DNA from: a virus
Reading direction: 5' to 3' (one strand)
IMG/VR virus record: IMGVR_UViG_3300045988_176028
DNA length: 64,000 bases
Below the pieces are notes generated by a model, which saw only the letters and a program-made list of their open reading frames with translations, made no database searches and was not told the origin of the DNA. The position numbers were made by a program, and so were the translations under genes. This document shows, in pieces, positions 18,936 to 29,190 of the stretch. Within the stretch, counting starts at the first letter, position 1. Every line of letters begins with the position of its first letter.

Positions 18936-19388
18936 ATGAACAAGCAACCGACCATTGGTGAAGTCTATAAACGGCCTGAATATTTTGACGCAGTGTGGTC
19001 AGAAAGCATTGAATGTTACGGCGTGACCAAGCAGAGCATCGTCTGCATGGAGGAGTGCGCCGAGCTTATCGAAGCATACGATGTCCGACGGCGTGACGGG
19101 CTGACGGACGGGACACACTCCCACATAGTTGAGGAGATGGCGGACGTACTCATCTGCCTATGGCTACTCGAACACATGTACGACATCAAAGGACGCGACA
19201 AACGCAAGCGCCACCCGTCTCCGGTCGGAGCGTGCGCAGCGCTCATCAAAGCGGTCAGCAAAATCCTGCGCTACGGCACCGAAAAGGAGCGTCTGGATGG
19301 GCTTGCCGACGCGGTGGAGGACGTGCGACGCTGGGTGATGCGGCTCGAAAAAGAAAACGGCATCATGGACGAGGAACTAGGCGAATAG
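18936..19388 (+). CDS. MazG-like nucleotide pyrophosphohydrolase
   Basis: CMEECAELIEA...HIVEEMADVLICLWLL fits the EExxE...ExxD metal-binding helices of MazG/NTP-PPase proteins. Confidence 0.6.
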   Translation: MNKQPTIGEVYKRPEYFDAVWSESIECYGVTKQSIVCMEECAELIEAYDVRRRDGLTDGTHSHIVEEMADVLICLWLLEHMYDIKGRDKRKRHPSPVGACAALIKAVSKILRYGTEKERLDGLADAVEDVRRWVMRLEKENGIMDEELGE

Positions 19389-19435
19389 GTGGAACGCAAG
19401 ACAGTCAGACAACAGCGGCGAAATGAGGACGACAA

Positions 19436-19651
19436 GTGAGCGTGCGAAGCGAAACATTGGGCGAGGTCATTGAATGGCTCGGAGACGAGGCGGACAGGGA
19501 ATGGGAGCGCGCCAAAGACGGCCTGAGCGACGGATACGACGGGTTCGACGCCTACACGCGGGCAATCCAGCACTGTCAGGACATGCTCATGGACGATACG
19601 GCGGAACACGGAAAGCCCGATGAAGGTGGAAAAAATGAACAAGCAGAATGA
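19436..19651 (+). CDS. hypothetical acidic protein (71 aa)
   Basis: GTG start with a GAGGACGACAA leader. Confidence 0.45.
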   Translation: MSVRSETLGEVIEWLGDEADREWERAKDGLSDGYDGFDAYTRAIQHCQDMLMDDTAEHGKPDEGGKNEQAE

Positions 19652-19823
19652 GACCGTTCTATTGGAACACTTGGCCGACACGTTCGAAACCAAGCTCCGC
19701 GAGGCCGACCGGTCTATCGGAACCGACATTCCGAACCAGTACCGGGAGGGATGGATGGACGCGTTCGGATGGGCGGCCACCTACTGCCGCCTATTGGCGG
19801 AACGGAAGTGGACCCATGCTTGA
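19635..19823 (+). CDS. hypothetical protein (62 aa)
   Basis: GAAGGTGGA RBS precedes ATG 19635 within ORF 19620..19823. Confidence 0.45.
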   Translation: MNKQNETVLLEHLADTFETKLREADRSIGTDIPNQYREGWMDAFGWAATYCRLLAERKWTHA

Positions 19824-20343
19824 CTTCTCCAAATGGGAGGCAATGTGGGACGCCTACAACCGGATGGGCGAAGCCGTGTCCGGCAGTCCCGCAAGCATAT
19901 GCCAAGACATCGGCGTGACATTGATGATGGTCTTCGGTTTCGTCGGGCTCATCGCGGTGGCCGTCATCAGTGGCGTGGGCGACGACCCCGAGAAAAGCCC
20001 GTTCTTCCGCTTGACCACGGCGATAGCCGTCATAGGCGGTGTGCTGGCGCTCACATCGTTCGTCATGCCATCTCACAACGACGCCCACGTATCCGAACCA
20101 CCCGCGCTCTCCACGCAAATCGAGAGAACGTGGGGGCTGGACGAAATGGGCGATTGCAAAAACACGAGCCACGGGCTTACCGACAGCCCAAGCCTACCCA
20201 AGTCGAGCCTTGACGACGGCGACTGGAAGTGCGTCGCCTACACCGACAGTCAACGCACCGAACTGACCGTCCACATCAAAGGAAACAAGGTCGGCCTGTA
20301 CAAGGCAGACGGCAAGGCGTTGAAACTAGTAGGAAAGGACTAG
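19816..20343 (+). CDS. 2-TM paralogue family member A (DFSxW...GLY..DGK.LK)
   Basis: MLDFSKWEAMW, two TM helices, conserved Cys pair, C-terminal KVGLYKADGKALK. Confidence 0.6.
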   Translation: MLDFSKWEAMWDAYNRMGEAVSGSPASICQDIGVTLMMVFGFVGLIAVAVISGVGDDPEKSPFFRLTTAIAVIGGVLALTSFVMPSHNDAHVSEPPALSTQIERTWGLDEMGDCKNTSHGLTDSPSLPKSSLDDGDWKCVAYTDSQRTELTVHIKGNKVGLYKADGKALKLVGKD

Positions 20344-20802
20344 ATGGTGAAGGACTTCTCTGCTTGGGCCAATGCGTGGAACGACTACAGCAGGTCGGAT
20401 GTCAATTATCTCGTTTTCGTCGTGGGTGGCACGGCGGCTCTCGTCGTCCTTGCTCTTTCCCTCTTATTGGAAAGCAACGGCACCGTTCTGACCTTTTTCT
20501 GCGGTTTAGCCGTCATCGTAACCCTAGCTGGCATATGGGTTGTGAACTTCTACCCGATTTGGATGGAGGATTCCCCTGAGCCAGCCGTCTTCACCACTCA
20601 GGTCGAGAAGGAGTTCGGCGTGCATGATTTCTCGTGCCCACCCGACGTCATGTCCGTCAAGGACGCTCTGCCCGATGCGGGCGCCTACCAGTGCACCATC
20701 ACCGACGGCAAGGACGATTCGACAGTAAGGGACGTGAGGCTCATCGTGACGGCGGACAACAAGGTCGGACTCTACGACGCTGACGGAAAGGCATTGAAAT
20801 GA
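20344..20802 (+). CDS. 2-TM paralogue family member B
   Basis: MVKDFSAWANAW...NKVGLYDADGKALK. Confidence 0.6.
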   Translation: MVKDFSAWANAWNDYSRSDVNYLVFVVGGTAALVVLALSLLLESNGTVLTFFCGLAVIVTLAGIWVVNFYPIWMEDSPEPAVFTTQVEKEFGVHDFSCPPDVMSVKDALPDAGAYQCTITDGKDDSTVRDVRLIVTADNKVGLYDADGKALK

Positions 20803-21284
20803 TAGACATGAGCGAATGGGCCTCCAATCACCACGGTCTGTCGGACTGCATATACATGGCGGCATTGTCCACGGTGCTGGTTTTCGCCGTGCTGGGCGTC
20901 GTCTGGCGGGCGGGCAGACGCTTGGTGCTTCGCGCGACGCATCGTATCCCACGGGACGCCCAGCCATTGCTGGAGGACACCAAATTCGTCATATGTCTGG
21001 CCCTTGTGGGCGGCTTCGGACTGCTCCTGACGTTGAACCCCGGTCTTCTCGTTCTCCCGAAGGACACCACGTTCACCGAACAGGTGGCACGACAGGCCGG
21101 ATTGGAGGCGTTGTCTTGCCCGACCATCCCTGATTCCAAGTACATGCCCGGTCAGGGCAGGTACGAGTGCGAATACGTGGACGCGAAAGGAAAGGCCCAC
21201 GACCTGAGCCTGCTGGTCGCATCCGGCGACAGGGTATGGCTTTACGACCACAACGGCAAGCCGATGAAGGTGACGACGAAATGA
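20799..21284 (+). CDS. 2-TM paralogue family member C
   Basis: MIDMSEWASNHH...DRVWLYDHNGKPMK. Confidence 0.6.
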   Translation: MIDMSEWASNHHGLSDCIYMAALSTVLVFAVLGVVWRAGRRLVLRATHRIPRDAQPLLEDTKFVICLALVGGFGLLLTLNPGLLVLPKDTTFTEQVARQAGLEALSCPTIPDSKYMPGQGRYECEYVDAKGKAHDLSLLVASGDRVWLYDHNGKPMKVTTK

Positions 21285-21487
21285 ACCCAGAAGACAATCC
21301 GATGCCGCTCGTCTCCGAATGTAATCCGGTGGATGCGGTCGAATGCCCATGCTGCTTGACCGTGTTCCGCGTGCGCACGCTCATGACCGACGGGAACGGG
21401 CAGCTCATGGGCGACGGATACGAGGCCATCCCCATGTTCTGCCCCATGTGTGGCGGACGGCTCGAACAGTCGGAAAGAAAGGAATAG
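21281..21487 (+). CDS. zinc-ribbon protein (68 aa)
   Basis: ATGA overlap. Motif CPCC...CPMCGG. Confidence 0.5.
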   Translation: MNPEDNPMPLVSECNPVDAVECPCCLTVFRVRTLMTDGNGQLMGDGYEAIPMFCPMCGGRLEQSERKE

Positions 21488-21491
21488 GATA

Positions 21492-21758
21492 ATGGCCGAC
21501 CCGAAGTACATGAGGAAAATACAGGACATGTGCCGCTGTCAGGATTGCGGTCTCATGGCCGACAATGCGGACATCGACGTGGAATTGGATTGTGACGAAA
21601 TCGTGTTTGAGTGGAGCGACGCGGACGACAGCCAGACATGTAACCTACCGCCCTGCTACGGCGGACACAGGCTTCAGACCGATATGACCGCCTACGACCT
21701 GTTGCTGGAGCTTGGCGTCATAGACGACCCCTACGCGCGAAACAAGGAGCGAGATTGA
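21492..21758 (+). CDS. hypothetical Cys-containing protein (88 aa)
   Basis: MADPKYMRKIQDMCRCQDCG. A truncated paralogue lies at 62250..62363 (-). Confidence 0.5.
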   Translation: MADPKYMRKIQDMCRCQDCGLMADNADIDVELDCDEIVFEWSDADDSQTCNLPPCYGGHRLQTDMTAYDLLLELGVIDDPYARNKERD

Positions 21759-22054
21759 GAAGACTATTGGCATTACTGCTGGTACCCATGTGCCTGATGT
21801 GCGCCGGATGCGACGAAGTGGCCGACGAATCGGAACAGGAAACGGACACCACACCGGCATCCCAGTCGGAGAAGACCGTCACCGGCTGCGCCGACTACGA
21901 CACCAGAAACTCCGCCGTTGATAGTGGCGGTATCGGTGAATGCGAACTCACGCTGCACGACGGGCGGCACGTCACATGCGCGGTAATGTCCGACTATAGG
22001 AAAGGCGGACTGTCCTGCGACTGGGCAAACGCCGCCAAGGAGGCGTCCAATTGA
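21755..22054 (+). CDS. lipoprotein (99 aa)
   Basis: MRRLLALLLVPMCLMCAGC, with a lipobox. Confidence 0.55.
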   Translation: MRRLLALLLVPMCLMCAGCDEVADESEQETDTTPASQSEKTVTGCADYDTRNSAVDSGGIGECELTLHDGRHVTCAVMSDYRKGGLSCDWANAAKEASN

Positions 22055-23028
22055 CTCAACACATCGAACTCAAAACCCCATGCCCGGACTGCCGGGGTCG
22101 GCTGACACTGTCAGTACGTCACACGCCGCTATTGGGCTGGCATGCGGTGCGACTGGCATGCGAGAACGGTTGCGACCTCCACTGGTACTACTACGACCTG
22201 CCGAACGGGCGGGCATGGTTTTCGACCGTCGAACAATGCGCCGACTATCACGACGGCGTCATCCGCAGGGAGGGGGAGGAGAACGAACGGATACTGGCGT
22301 TCGAATGCCCAAACTGCGGGGAGTGCCCGCACGTGTCAAGCAAAAGCATCGGACGCCAGACGTTCCCCACCGCCACATGCCGGTGCGCATCCTGTTGGGA
22401 CGTGGACCTGCACTCAGCGCTCTGCGAATGGCTGACGGAGACCAAGAACAAGAAGAACGCGGACATCCTCGAAAAAATCGGCCGTTCCACGACGTTTCAG
22501 GCGGAACCCGATTGCCCGTTCTGCGGCGGGCCGGTGTTTGTCCGCATCATCGAGACCGGCGATGACCGACGCTGGGGCTTCACCGTACACCATGCCAGTC
22601 CATGCAATCTCGAACCATTGCTACAGGGGCTACGCCCATGCGACAGAGCGCAGGAGATGGCGGACGACTTCGACAGGCACTGGCGCAAGACCGTGGCCGC
22701 CGTCAAGGACACGCCCGACTGTCCACACTGCGGCAGGCCGCCCGAATGCGCATGGGACCATACGTCCGGCCTATGGTCCGTCGGCTGCGGAAAATGCGAC
22801 AAACCGAACAACGGCGTATCCGACGACATCTTGACTGCGATGGCATCATGGCGTGAACATACGGACGCCTACCGACGCAACCACGACGGCGAAGGATTGC
22901 AAAACCAACTGACCGAATACTGGAGAAAAACAAGACAGGTGACAGCCTACCCCTCCCTTACGGAAGGGGATTGCGGCCTAAAATCCGTTCGACCGACTTT
23001 CCGCAAAACTTGTCGCAACCTCAACTAA
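22051..23028 (+). CDS. protein with four tandem zinc-ribbon (Lar-like) modules
   Basis: CPDCRG...CENGC, CPNCGEC...CASC, CPFCGG...SPC and CPHCGR...CGKC. Confidence 0.6.
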   Translation: MTQHIELKTPCPDCRGRLTLSVRHTPLLGWHAVRLACENGCDLHWYYYDLPNGRAWFSTVEQCADYHDGVIRREGEENERILAFECPNCGECPHVSSKSIGRQTFPTATCRCASCWDVDLHSALCEWLTETKNKKNADILEKIGRSTTFQAEPDCPFCGGPVFVRIIETGDDRRWGFTVHHASPCNLEPLLQGLRPCDRAQEMADDFDRHWRKTVAAVKDTPDCPHCGRPPECAWDHTSGLWSVGCGKCDKPNNGVSDDILTAMASWREHTDAYRRNHDGEGLQNQLTEYWRKTRQVTAYPSLTEGDCGLKSVRPTFRKTCRNLN

Positions 23029-23109
23029 ACCCCTTACCATGAAGGTAACAACCTCAAACAAATCCGGTTGCAAACTCGAAGCATCCATCCCAAAAAAAGG
23101 GGAAACAAC

Positions 23110-23745
23110 ATGGTCGAAGCGGAAACCCAGTCCATATACGATTTAGAACACCTGCCCGGGCATAGGGAAATCCGAAGACCAAAATATGCGGTGAAATATT
23201 GGCCACAATCGGAAACCTGCCAACGCAATCCCCGCAAATACGTGCTTGTCGCCAAATCTGACAGCCAACGGACAATCCGTAACATCATGCGTCGTATCGA
23301 CACGCAGGACGGCAATCATCAATACTCCTCGTTCCGCGTCCGCTCACTGGTCGATTCGGACGAATATCCGGAGGGCGTTTTCTCGACTGAAATCCGTCAG
23401 GATGATGACGGTAATTTTCTCCTCTACGTCGCATACATTCCCGCCGAAGACGAGCCGGAACCGAACCCGCGCAACGAGGATGTGGTGAAGACAATCCGCT
23501 ACGGTGCGGAATGCACTCTCGCAGGTGACATGAAAGCGGCACTGCGAGGCAACGGCAACAAGCCAAAAGACATCGTCCAAGTGACCGGAACAGTGGAACA
23601 GTGGAAATGCCGGTTCGATGACCCGAACGTGGCATTCCATTCCGAACAGCTCCACCTGTGGACGGAAGACCGCGTGTACGGGTTCATGCAGTCGGACGGG
23701 TGCGCCGTGGTTGTAGACATGCCGAGAAATCCAGCCTCGGATTAG
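23110..23745 (+). CDS. hypothetical protein (211 aa)
   Basis: AAAGGGGAAAC RBS precedes ATG 23110 within ORF 23068..23745. Confidence 0.6.
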   Translation: MVEAETQSIYDLEHLPGHREIRRPKYAVKYWPQSETCQRNPRKYVLVAKSDSQRTIRNIMRRIDTQDGNHQYSSFRVRSLVDSDEYPEGVFSTEIRQDDDGNFLLYVAYIPAEDEPEPNPRNEDVVKTIRYGAECTLAGDMKAALRGNGNKPKDIVQVTGTVEQWKCRFDDPNVAFHSEQLHLWTEDRVYGFMQSDGCAVVVDMPRNPASD

Positions 23746-23837
23746 CTTCCTCCAAGCCGGTCGATGTGCGAAAAACGGATTGCCTCCGGCTTTAGATGTC
23801 GAAAGCAATCCGATAACCCTCTTCCTATCGGGAAGGA

Positions 23838-26800
23838 TTAATGCTTCCTACCCGTCTTTTGCGGCCTCAACAAGACGAGGCCGACAACAAGCGACAGACT
23901 GGAGATGGCGGCAAGAACCAACAACAATCGGCCTCCCGTAAACGGCATGGATGCTATGGGAGTTTCCAAGTACGGCATCACAACGCGGATGATGCCGCAA
24001 TTCTCGTACACATCCTCATATACCGGGCTTGCCATCTGAGAGGGTGATGGGAAGTCGTTCAGATTGATATAAGCGCCTTTCATGCCGGAAGTATCCGAAA
24101 TCGGGTCTGCGGCACTGTTGGTCGCTTTTGTCGAGCCTTTGGCGTTCTTGGCCGTGACCTTCAATTTCAACCAAGAATCTCTTCTGCCGGGAGAGAACCG
24201 AACCTGATATCCGCTACCGGCGGGAATGCCGACGATACGGTAGGTTCCGTCTTTGCCCGTCGTGTCGGCCAATGGTTTTCCATCGTATCCCAAAACGGGG
24301 GTTCCGTTGGAATCGGTCAGAGTGACGGTCACATTGGAGGCGAGCGCGTCGGTATCCTCGCGGATGCCGTTTCCGTCCTTGTCGTACCATACGATGCCTG
24401 AAACGACTCGTTGGACTACGGTGACGTCGGCGTCGGTTTTGTTGTATCCGTCTCCCCAACGGATGCTGTACAGGTCGGCGGGACGGTTGTTGGAAGGTTG
24501 GATGGTGATGTCGAACATGAGGCTTGAGCCTCCCGGCAGTGGTTTGTCTCCCACCCATGCCCAAGCTGTTGGATGCAGGTTTTGCGGGATGGCGGCTATG
24601 CCTGTCGTACTGTCGAACGGTAGTGTCTTCCAATCTTTTACGTCAGTGGTTTTGATGTTGCTTGGGTCTGTGGTCAGGTATTTGCTGTCGGTGGAGTAGA
24701 CAAGATGCCCGTCTCCAAGTTGGGAGCCGTTTCGGGGGCTAATGTGGATGCCTGCCAAAACCCAGTCGCCATGATAGGAGCTGAGTGTGTTGGCGGTGTT
24801 CGGCATGATGGCCGTGGCTATCGGATTGGACAACGGTGTTTCGAGATTGTTGGTTTTGATACTCTTCCAATGCAATGCCGAGTTGACCTCATTTACCAAC
24901 GGGTCAGCCTTGATAGCCAAAGTGGTCAGTTCCAAACGACTGATTTTGATGGTGTACTCGGAATGTGTCAAATCCATTTTCGGTCTGACTGGAGAACGAT
25001 AAGTGGAAACGGAAACCTTGTTCGTCAACTGTTCCGCGTTAACCACATCATTGTCCGGGTCGGTTGCGTCACCGATGCTGGTCGAATAGTGGATTGTATA
25101 CTGTTTGGACGTGTCGATATTGTCCAAATGCCAGACAAGAGTGGTGGTTCCGTCTGCGTTGAGTGTGGCGTTCGGTTCGATTCTCGTGCCATTGGCTACG
25201 CTTCCCTGACTTGGAGTGTTCTCCTTGTAGTCTCCGCCCAAATATGCGGTCGATGGAAGATAATGGAGTTTTGACGGGAGTGTGTCGGTGACCGTCATAT
25301 CCGTTTTGGTATCGACGGTATCCCGCCCATACAGGTTGGATGCCATGTTTAAATCCAGTTTCCAGTCCACGTAGCGTTGTCCGTTGTCGATGTCGTAGGT
25401 TTGTTTGGAGCCTTTGTTCCCGTCGCTTTGGTCTGTGCTTTTGGAGACTTGGGCGATTTCCGCCACGATGTGGAGGCTGTCACCGTAATGCCTGTCGGCT
25501 GTGTCTCCGCCCACATATCCTTGGACGTCATCCCATTTTGCCTTCTGATATGGGGTGCTGTCCACTCGTCCGGTCGGAGCGACTTGTTTGACGAGTTCTG
25601 CCGGGTCAAGTTTGTTTTTGCTAATCCAATTGGCCCAATCCTTATTGGATGCGTTGTCGGCGTCGAGACCGGCTTTTGCGGCCAAGTCTTTACGTGTCCA
25701 CATGAGGCTTTGCACAGTATATTGGGCGGTCTTGTTGATGATTTCACGTCCGGTTTTGACTTGGACGTCCAGTCCGAAAAAATCACGTCCAATACCTTCG
25801 TTGCCTTCCATCCAAGACGAGTTATATGGTGCGGCATTGTATGACGTGGCGAGAATGGCTACGATTTCGCCGTGTTTCTTTGCCTCGCTGATGGAATTGT
25901 AATAGTTCAGGTAGCCGATTCCAGCTTTTGCCTGTTCAGTGTCGGAAGACCATGCTTTCCCGTCTTTTTTGACACCATAAGCCAAGGTGCTTTCGGAGAA
26001 GATGTTCTTTCCATCACCCAAACTCGCACGATTCCATGTGGAAGCATTCTCATAGGGTTCAAGCACTGTTGAATCGATTTTCATGAGTCGGGTTCTGATG
26101 ACGGGCAGATTGGTTTTGTTTTGAGTGTAGCTTATGCGGGAGGCCAGCATGACTTTTTGGCCGCGCACGGCAATGTCGGAACCATCGTGAACACTGGAAC
26201 CTTTTTGCTGGAACAGTATACAGGAGGAATCCCTTGTCTGAGTGTCCTGCCATTCCCATCCGGCGCACCCATACTCTATACCTTGATTATATTCGGAGGC
26301 CATTCCGGACACGTAAAGAGGAATACTCACCCCAGTCTCATCATCTGAGATTATCGACTGATTGGAAGAGTCCGACGGCGCCGATTTGGCTTTAATGCCA
26401 CTGACACTGGATGCTTGAAGGTTCATATCCCAAACATCCTGTTGAAGGTTCAGGTCGCTTCCGTACTGGTCGGCCAGATTCTTATTGTTGATTTTAGTGG
26501 GATTCACGAGGTCGATGCCTGCGGACGCCCAATTGAGGATGCCGTTCTGCTGGTCTTTGTTGTTGGGGTTGTAATATTGGTCTAGATGGGATACGGTGAG
26601 ATGCAGGATGATGTAGCCGTTTTTGGTTTCCTGCGTCATTTTCCATTCGCTGGCATTGTCGTTTTTCTTTCGGGAGTTGAAAGTTTCGGCTTCTTTCGTA
26701 TTGCTTCTGTCCGACGGGTATTTGTGGAATATTGCCATCCAGCTGTTGCTGCCGTTGGCGATGCTCCAAGCTAATGGCTGCAAAGAATTCGGCTGGTTGG

Positions 26801-27572
26801 CTATAGGCGTGGAAGCGCCTTGCCTCCTCCACTGGTTTGAGATTTTAACGTCGAACGTGACCGGCTCATTAGTGGCCTCCAAGCCTTTGACGCCTTTTGC
26901 ATGGTCGGTGGAGGTGTTCGCCACGTTGATGGTCAGATGGGAGAGGACTCCGGTCACTTTGCCCGCTGTCTTGTTTATCGCATCATCATCCTTGGATTCT
27001 CCGAAATCGTAGGTGCCGGATTGGATTCGTTTCAAGCTCGCCAATTCGATGTTCCATCGTGGCGCGGCGCTAACGGTGACGGTTTCCAACTGTTTGGTGA
27101 CTGCCTCGCTATCAGTATTGTGTTCCATACTGGCTTGGACAGTCGGATGAATCTTGGTTCCATTAGGTGCGCCATACACGTTGATGGGCAGATTGACGGT
27201 AGCCGCGCCCGGAACGACGGTCGGATTATCCTTTGTCCCATTGATGTGACGCCAGCATGTCAACGTCTGGTATTTAGCACCTTTGACATCCTCATATCCT
27301 ACCTTGTATCCGTATCCTGCGGCTGTGTCCATCCAAAGCATTTCCTTGGTGGAGAACTCAGCCACGCTTGTATTGAATGTCATGGAGAATTTGAATTTGA
27401 TTCTGGCGTCCTTGTAGTAATCTTTACTGTTCTTTGACGCCATGGTGTAGGAGATGGTGTAGTTCAAGGAATCGTAGGAGCGGACGATGCTGTTATCGAT
27501 GCTTGAATCGTCTCCGGGATTGTCGTCTTTGTCGAATGGTGCTGTTCCCGTGGTCTTCGAGACTGTGGACAC
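23838..27572 (-). CDS. large cell-wall-anchored adhesin-like protein (main reading frame)
   Basis: 1244 aa. SdrD/Cna-B-type fold near the C-terminus (VSGIVWYDKDGNGIRED...TYRIVGIPAGSGY). Sorting signal MPFTGG, then a TM helix and RKH tail. The frame stays open upstream to the G-tract at 27709. Confidence 0.8.
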   Translation of the reverse strand: MSTVSKTTGTAPFDKDDNPGDDSSIDNSIVRSYDSLNYTISYTMASKNSKDYYKDARIKFKFSMTFNTSVAEFSTKEMLWMDTAAGYGYKVGYEDVKGAKYQTLTCWRHINGTKDNPTVVPGAATVNLPINVYGAPNGTKIHPTVQASMEHNTDSEAVTKQLETVTVSAAPRWNIELASLKRIQSGTYDFGESKDDDAINKTAGKVTGVLSHLTINVANTSTDHAKGVKGLEATNEPVTFDVKISNQWRRQGASTPIANQPNSLQPLAWSIANGSNSWMAIFHKYPSDRSNTKEAETFNSRKKNDNASEWKMTQETKNGYIILHLTVSHLDQYYNPNNKDQQNGILNWASAGIDLVNPTKINNKNLADQYGSDLNLQQDVWDMNLQASSVSGIKAKSAPSDSSNQSIISDDETGVSIPLYVSGMASEYNQGIEYGCAGWEWQDTQTRDSSCILFQQKGSSVHDGSDIAVRGQKVMLASRISYTQNKTNLPVIRTRLMKIDSTVLEPYENASTWNRASLGDGKNIFSESTLAYGVKKDGKAWSSDTEQAKAGIGYLNYYNSISEAKKHGEIVAILATSYNAAPYNSSWMEGNEGIGRDFFGLDVQVKTGREIINKTAQYTVQSLMWTRKDLAAKAGLDADNASNKDWANWISKNKLDPAELVKQVAPTGRVDSTPYQKAKWDDVQGYVGGDTADRHYGDSLHIVAEIAQVSKSTDQSDGNKGSKQTYDIDNGQRYVDWKLDLNMASNLYGRDTVDTKTDMTVTDTLPSKLHYLPSTAYLGGDYKENTPSQGSVANGTRIEPNATLNADGTTTLVWHLDNIDTSKQYTIHYSTSIGDATDPDNDVVNAEQLTNKVSVSTYRSPVRPKMDLTHSEYTIKISRLELTTLAIKADPLVNEVNSALHWKSIKTNNLETPLSNPIATAIMPNTANTLSSYHGDWVLAGIHISPRNGSQLGDGHLVYSTDSKYLTTDPSNIKTTDVKDWKTLPFDSTTGIAAIPQNLHPTAWAWVGDKPLPGGSSLMFDITIQPSNNRPADLYSIRWGDGYNKTDADVTVVQRVVSGIVWYDKDGNGIREDTDALASNVTVTLTDSNGTPVLGYDGKPLADTTGKDGTYRIVGIPAGSGYQVRFSPGRRDSWLKLKVTAKNAKGSTKATNSAADPISDTSGMKGAYINLNDFPSPSQMASPVYEDVYENCGIIRVVMPYLETPIASMPFTGGRLLLVLAAISSLSLVVGLVLLRPQKTGRKH

Positions 27573-27657
27573 GTCGGCGATTTTCGCATCATCGCCTGTA
27601 AGCGAATCATGTATGGTCGCGTCGCTTGGCGGGTTCCAGCTTTGCTGGGAAACCCCA

Positions 27658-27783
27658 TTATCGGTAGATTGTGTGGCGGGGGTTTCTTCGGCATTGGCCG
27701 AGGAGACACCCCCCCCCCGCTAGGATTAGCGTTGCGGCGATAAAGGCGGACAGCGTTGCTCCCGCTCTATGAAGCATTCTCAT
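27658..27783 (-). pseudogene. 5' fragment of the adhesin gene (RBS, start, signal peptide), out of frame with the main ORF
   Basis: GGAG RBS and ATG 27783 give MRMLHRAGATLSAFIAATLILAGGG. The frame is +1 relative to 23838..27572 after the G10 tract and stops at 27658. Confidence 0.6.
27709..27718 (-). repeat. homopolymeric G10 tract (C10 on the + strand) at the signal-peptide/mature junction
   Basis: Counted directly as ten C at 27709..27718. G9 or G12 would fuse the two frames. Confidence 0.9.
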
Positions 27784-27996
27784 ACCACTTACTCCAATCG
27801 GATTCCTTAGATGTTTCCTTTCCTAAAATACCTTGAAATGTCAGTTAAAAACCGTTCTGCGGGGATTTTGGGACAGGAAACCGAAAGACCCGAATGCAGT
27901 GGTGCGGCATTCTTCCCCGTCCGATAGAGGCGGGCGAACCTCGGCAAAATCAGCTGAAAATCCCATCCACGGCGTCGAAGACGCCGGAGACGCGCG

Positions 27997-28854
27997 TCAG
28001 ACGGCTACGGGAGCTTTGATTGACGGCCACGGGGTGTAGTCGATGAGATGGAACATGTCCGGCTTGTAGTCGAACAGGCTATCCGCCTTGTCGATTTCCA
28101 TATGCGGCCACGGGCGTGGCTCGCGCGACAATTGTTCGCACACTTGTTCCAGATGGTTCAAATACACGTGCGTGTCGCCGCCGACCCAAATGAACCGTCC
28201 CGGCTCCAATCCGGCCTGTTGGGACATCATCATGGTCAGCAGCGAGTAGGACGCGATGTTGAACGGCACGCCCAAGAACATGTCCGCCGAACGCTGATAC
28301 AGTTGGCAGTCCAAAAACTTGTTGCCGCGCACGTGGAATTGGAACAGGGCGTGGCATGGCGGTAATGCCATTTCGTCCAATTCTCCCGCGTTCCATGCGG
28401 ATACGATGATTCGACGGCTGGACGGGTTATGTCGGATAAGGTCGAGCGCGTTCGACAATTGGTCTACCGTGGTGCCGTCGGTTTTATGCCATGAACGCCA
28501 TTGGACGGGATACCCTTTGCCAATTGTTCCGTCCGGCAACACCCATTCATCCCAAATGTGGACGTTCTGCTTTTGCAGAGTGTTGACCTTGTTGTCTCCG
28601 GCAATGAACCACAACAGTTCCGCGATGATGCCACGCAGGAACACTTTTTTCGTGGTCACGAGCGGGAAACCGTCTTGCAGGTTGAATTCCATACGCGTGC
28701 CAAACATGGACAACGTTCCCACTCCGGTACGGTCGTGAGTCAGCTCGCCTTCCAGTACGACTTGTCGTAACAGTCTCTCATATGGCTGGTCGCGTTCCAA
28801 TGTTCCGGCAACATAATTTTTGGCTTCTTCAGGTGTCATACGTTTTCCTTTCAT
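27997..28854 (-). CDS. thyA: thymidylate synthase ThyA
   Basis: [25 protein letters not shown], active-site [11 protein letters not shown], and [22 protein letters not shown]. Confidence 0.92.
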   Translation of the reverse strand: MKGKRMTPEEAKNYVAGTLERDQPYERLLRQVVLEGELTHDRTGVGTLSMFGTRMEFNLQDGFPLVTTKKVFLRGIIAELLWFIAGDNKVNTLQKQNVHIWDEWVLPDGTIGKGYPVQWRSWHKTDGTTVDQLSNALDLIRHNPSSRRIIVSAWNAGELDEMALPPCHALFQFHVRGNKFLDCQLYQRSADMFLGVPFNIASYSLLTMMMSQQAGLEPGRFIWVGGDTHVYLNHLEQVCEQLSREPRPWPHMEIDKADSLFDYKPDMFHLIDYTPWPSIKAPVAV

Positions 28855-29159
28855 CAGCCCATTAAATGGGTCAAGTCTTGGTCGGTTTCTATTTTCAGAT
28901 TATCGTTCCGTTCTTTGCGACGACGATTATGAGTGCCCTCCAACCGGTCGGCTTTCTCCCGGCAATACCATTGGCCGAGAGGGAGAAGAACACTCACGAG
29001 CAGAGCCGCGATAAGCGCCAAACATTCCCAAGCACATGCCGTTCCCATAGAATCCCTATTGGCAGCGGAAGTATGTAACTCCAACCTAATATCGTGTTGG
29101 CCTTGTCCAGTCGGCTTATCTTTTTTCTGACTGTCGGGCGATGATTCTTTTTCAACCAA
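28854..29159 (-). CDS. small membrane protein (101 aa)
   Basis: TTG start, one TM helix ([16 protein letters not shown]). Its stop overlaps the thyA start. Confidence 0.4.
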   Translation of the reverse strand: MVEKESSPDSQKKDKPTGQGQHDIRLELHTSAANRDSMGTACAWECLALIAALLVSVLLPLGQWYCREKADRLEGTHNRRRKERNDNLKIETDQDLTHLMG

Positions 29160-29190
29160 TCTTGTTAAGCCCTCCGAATCGGTAGGAGAA

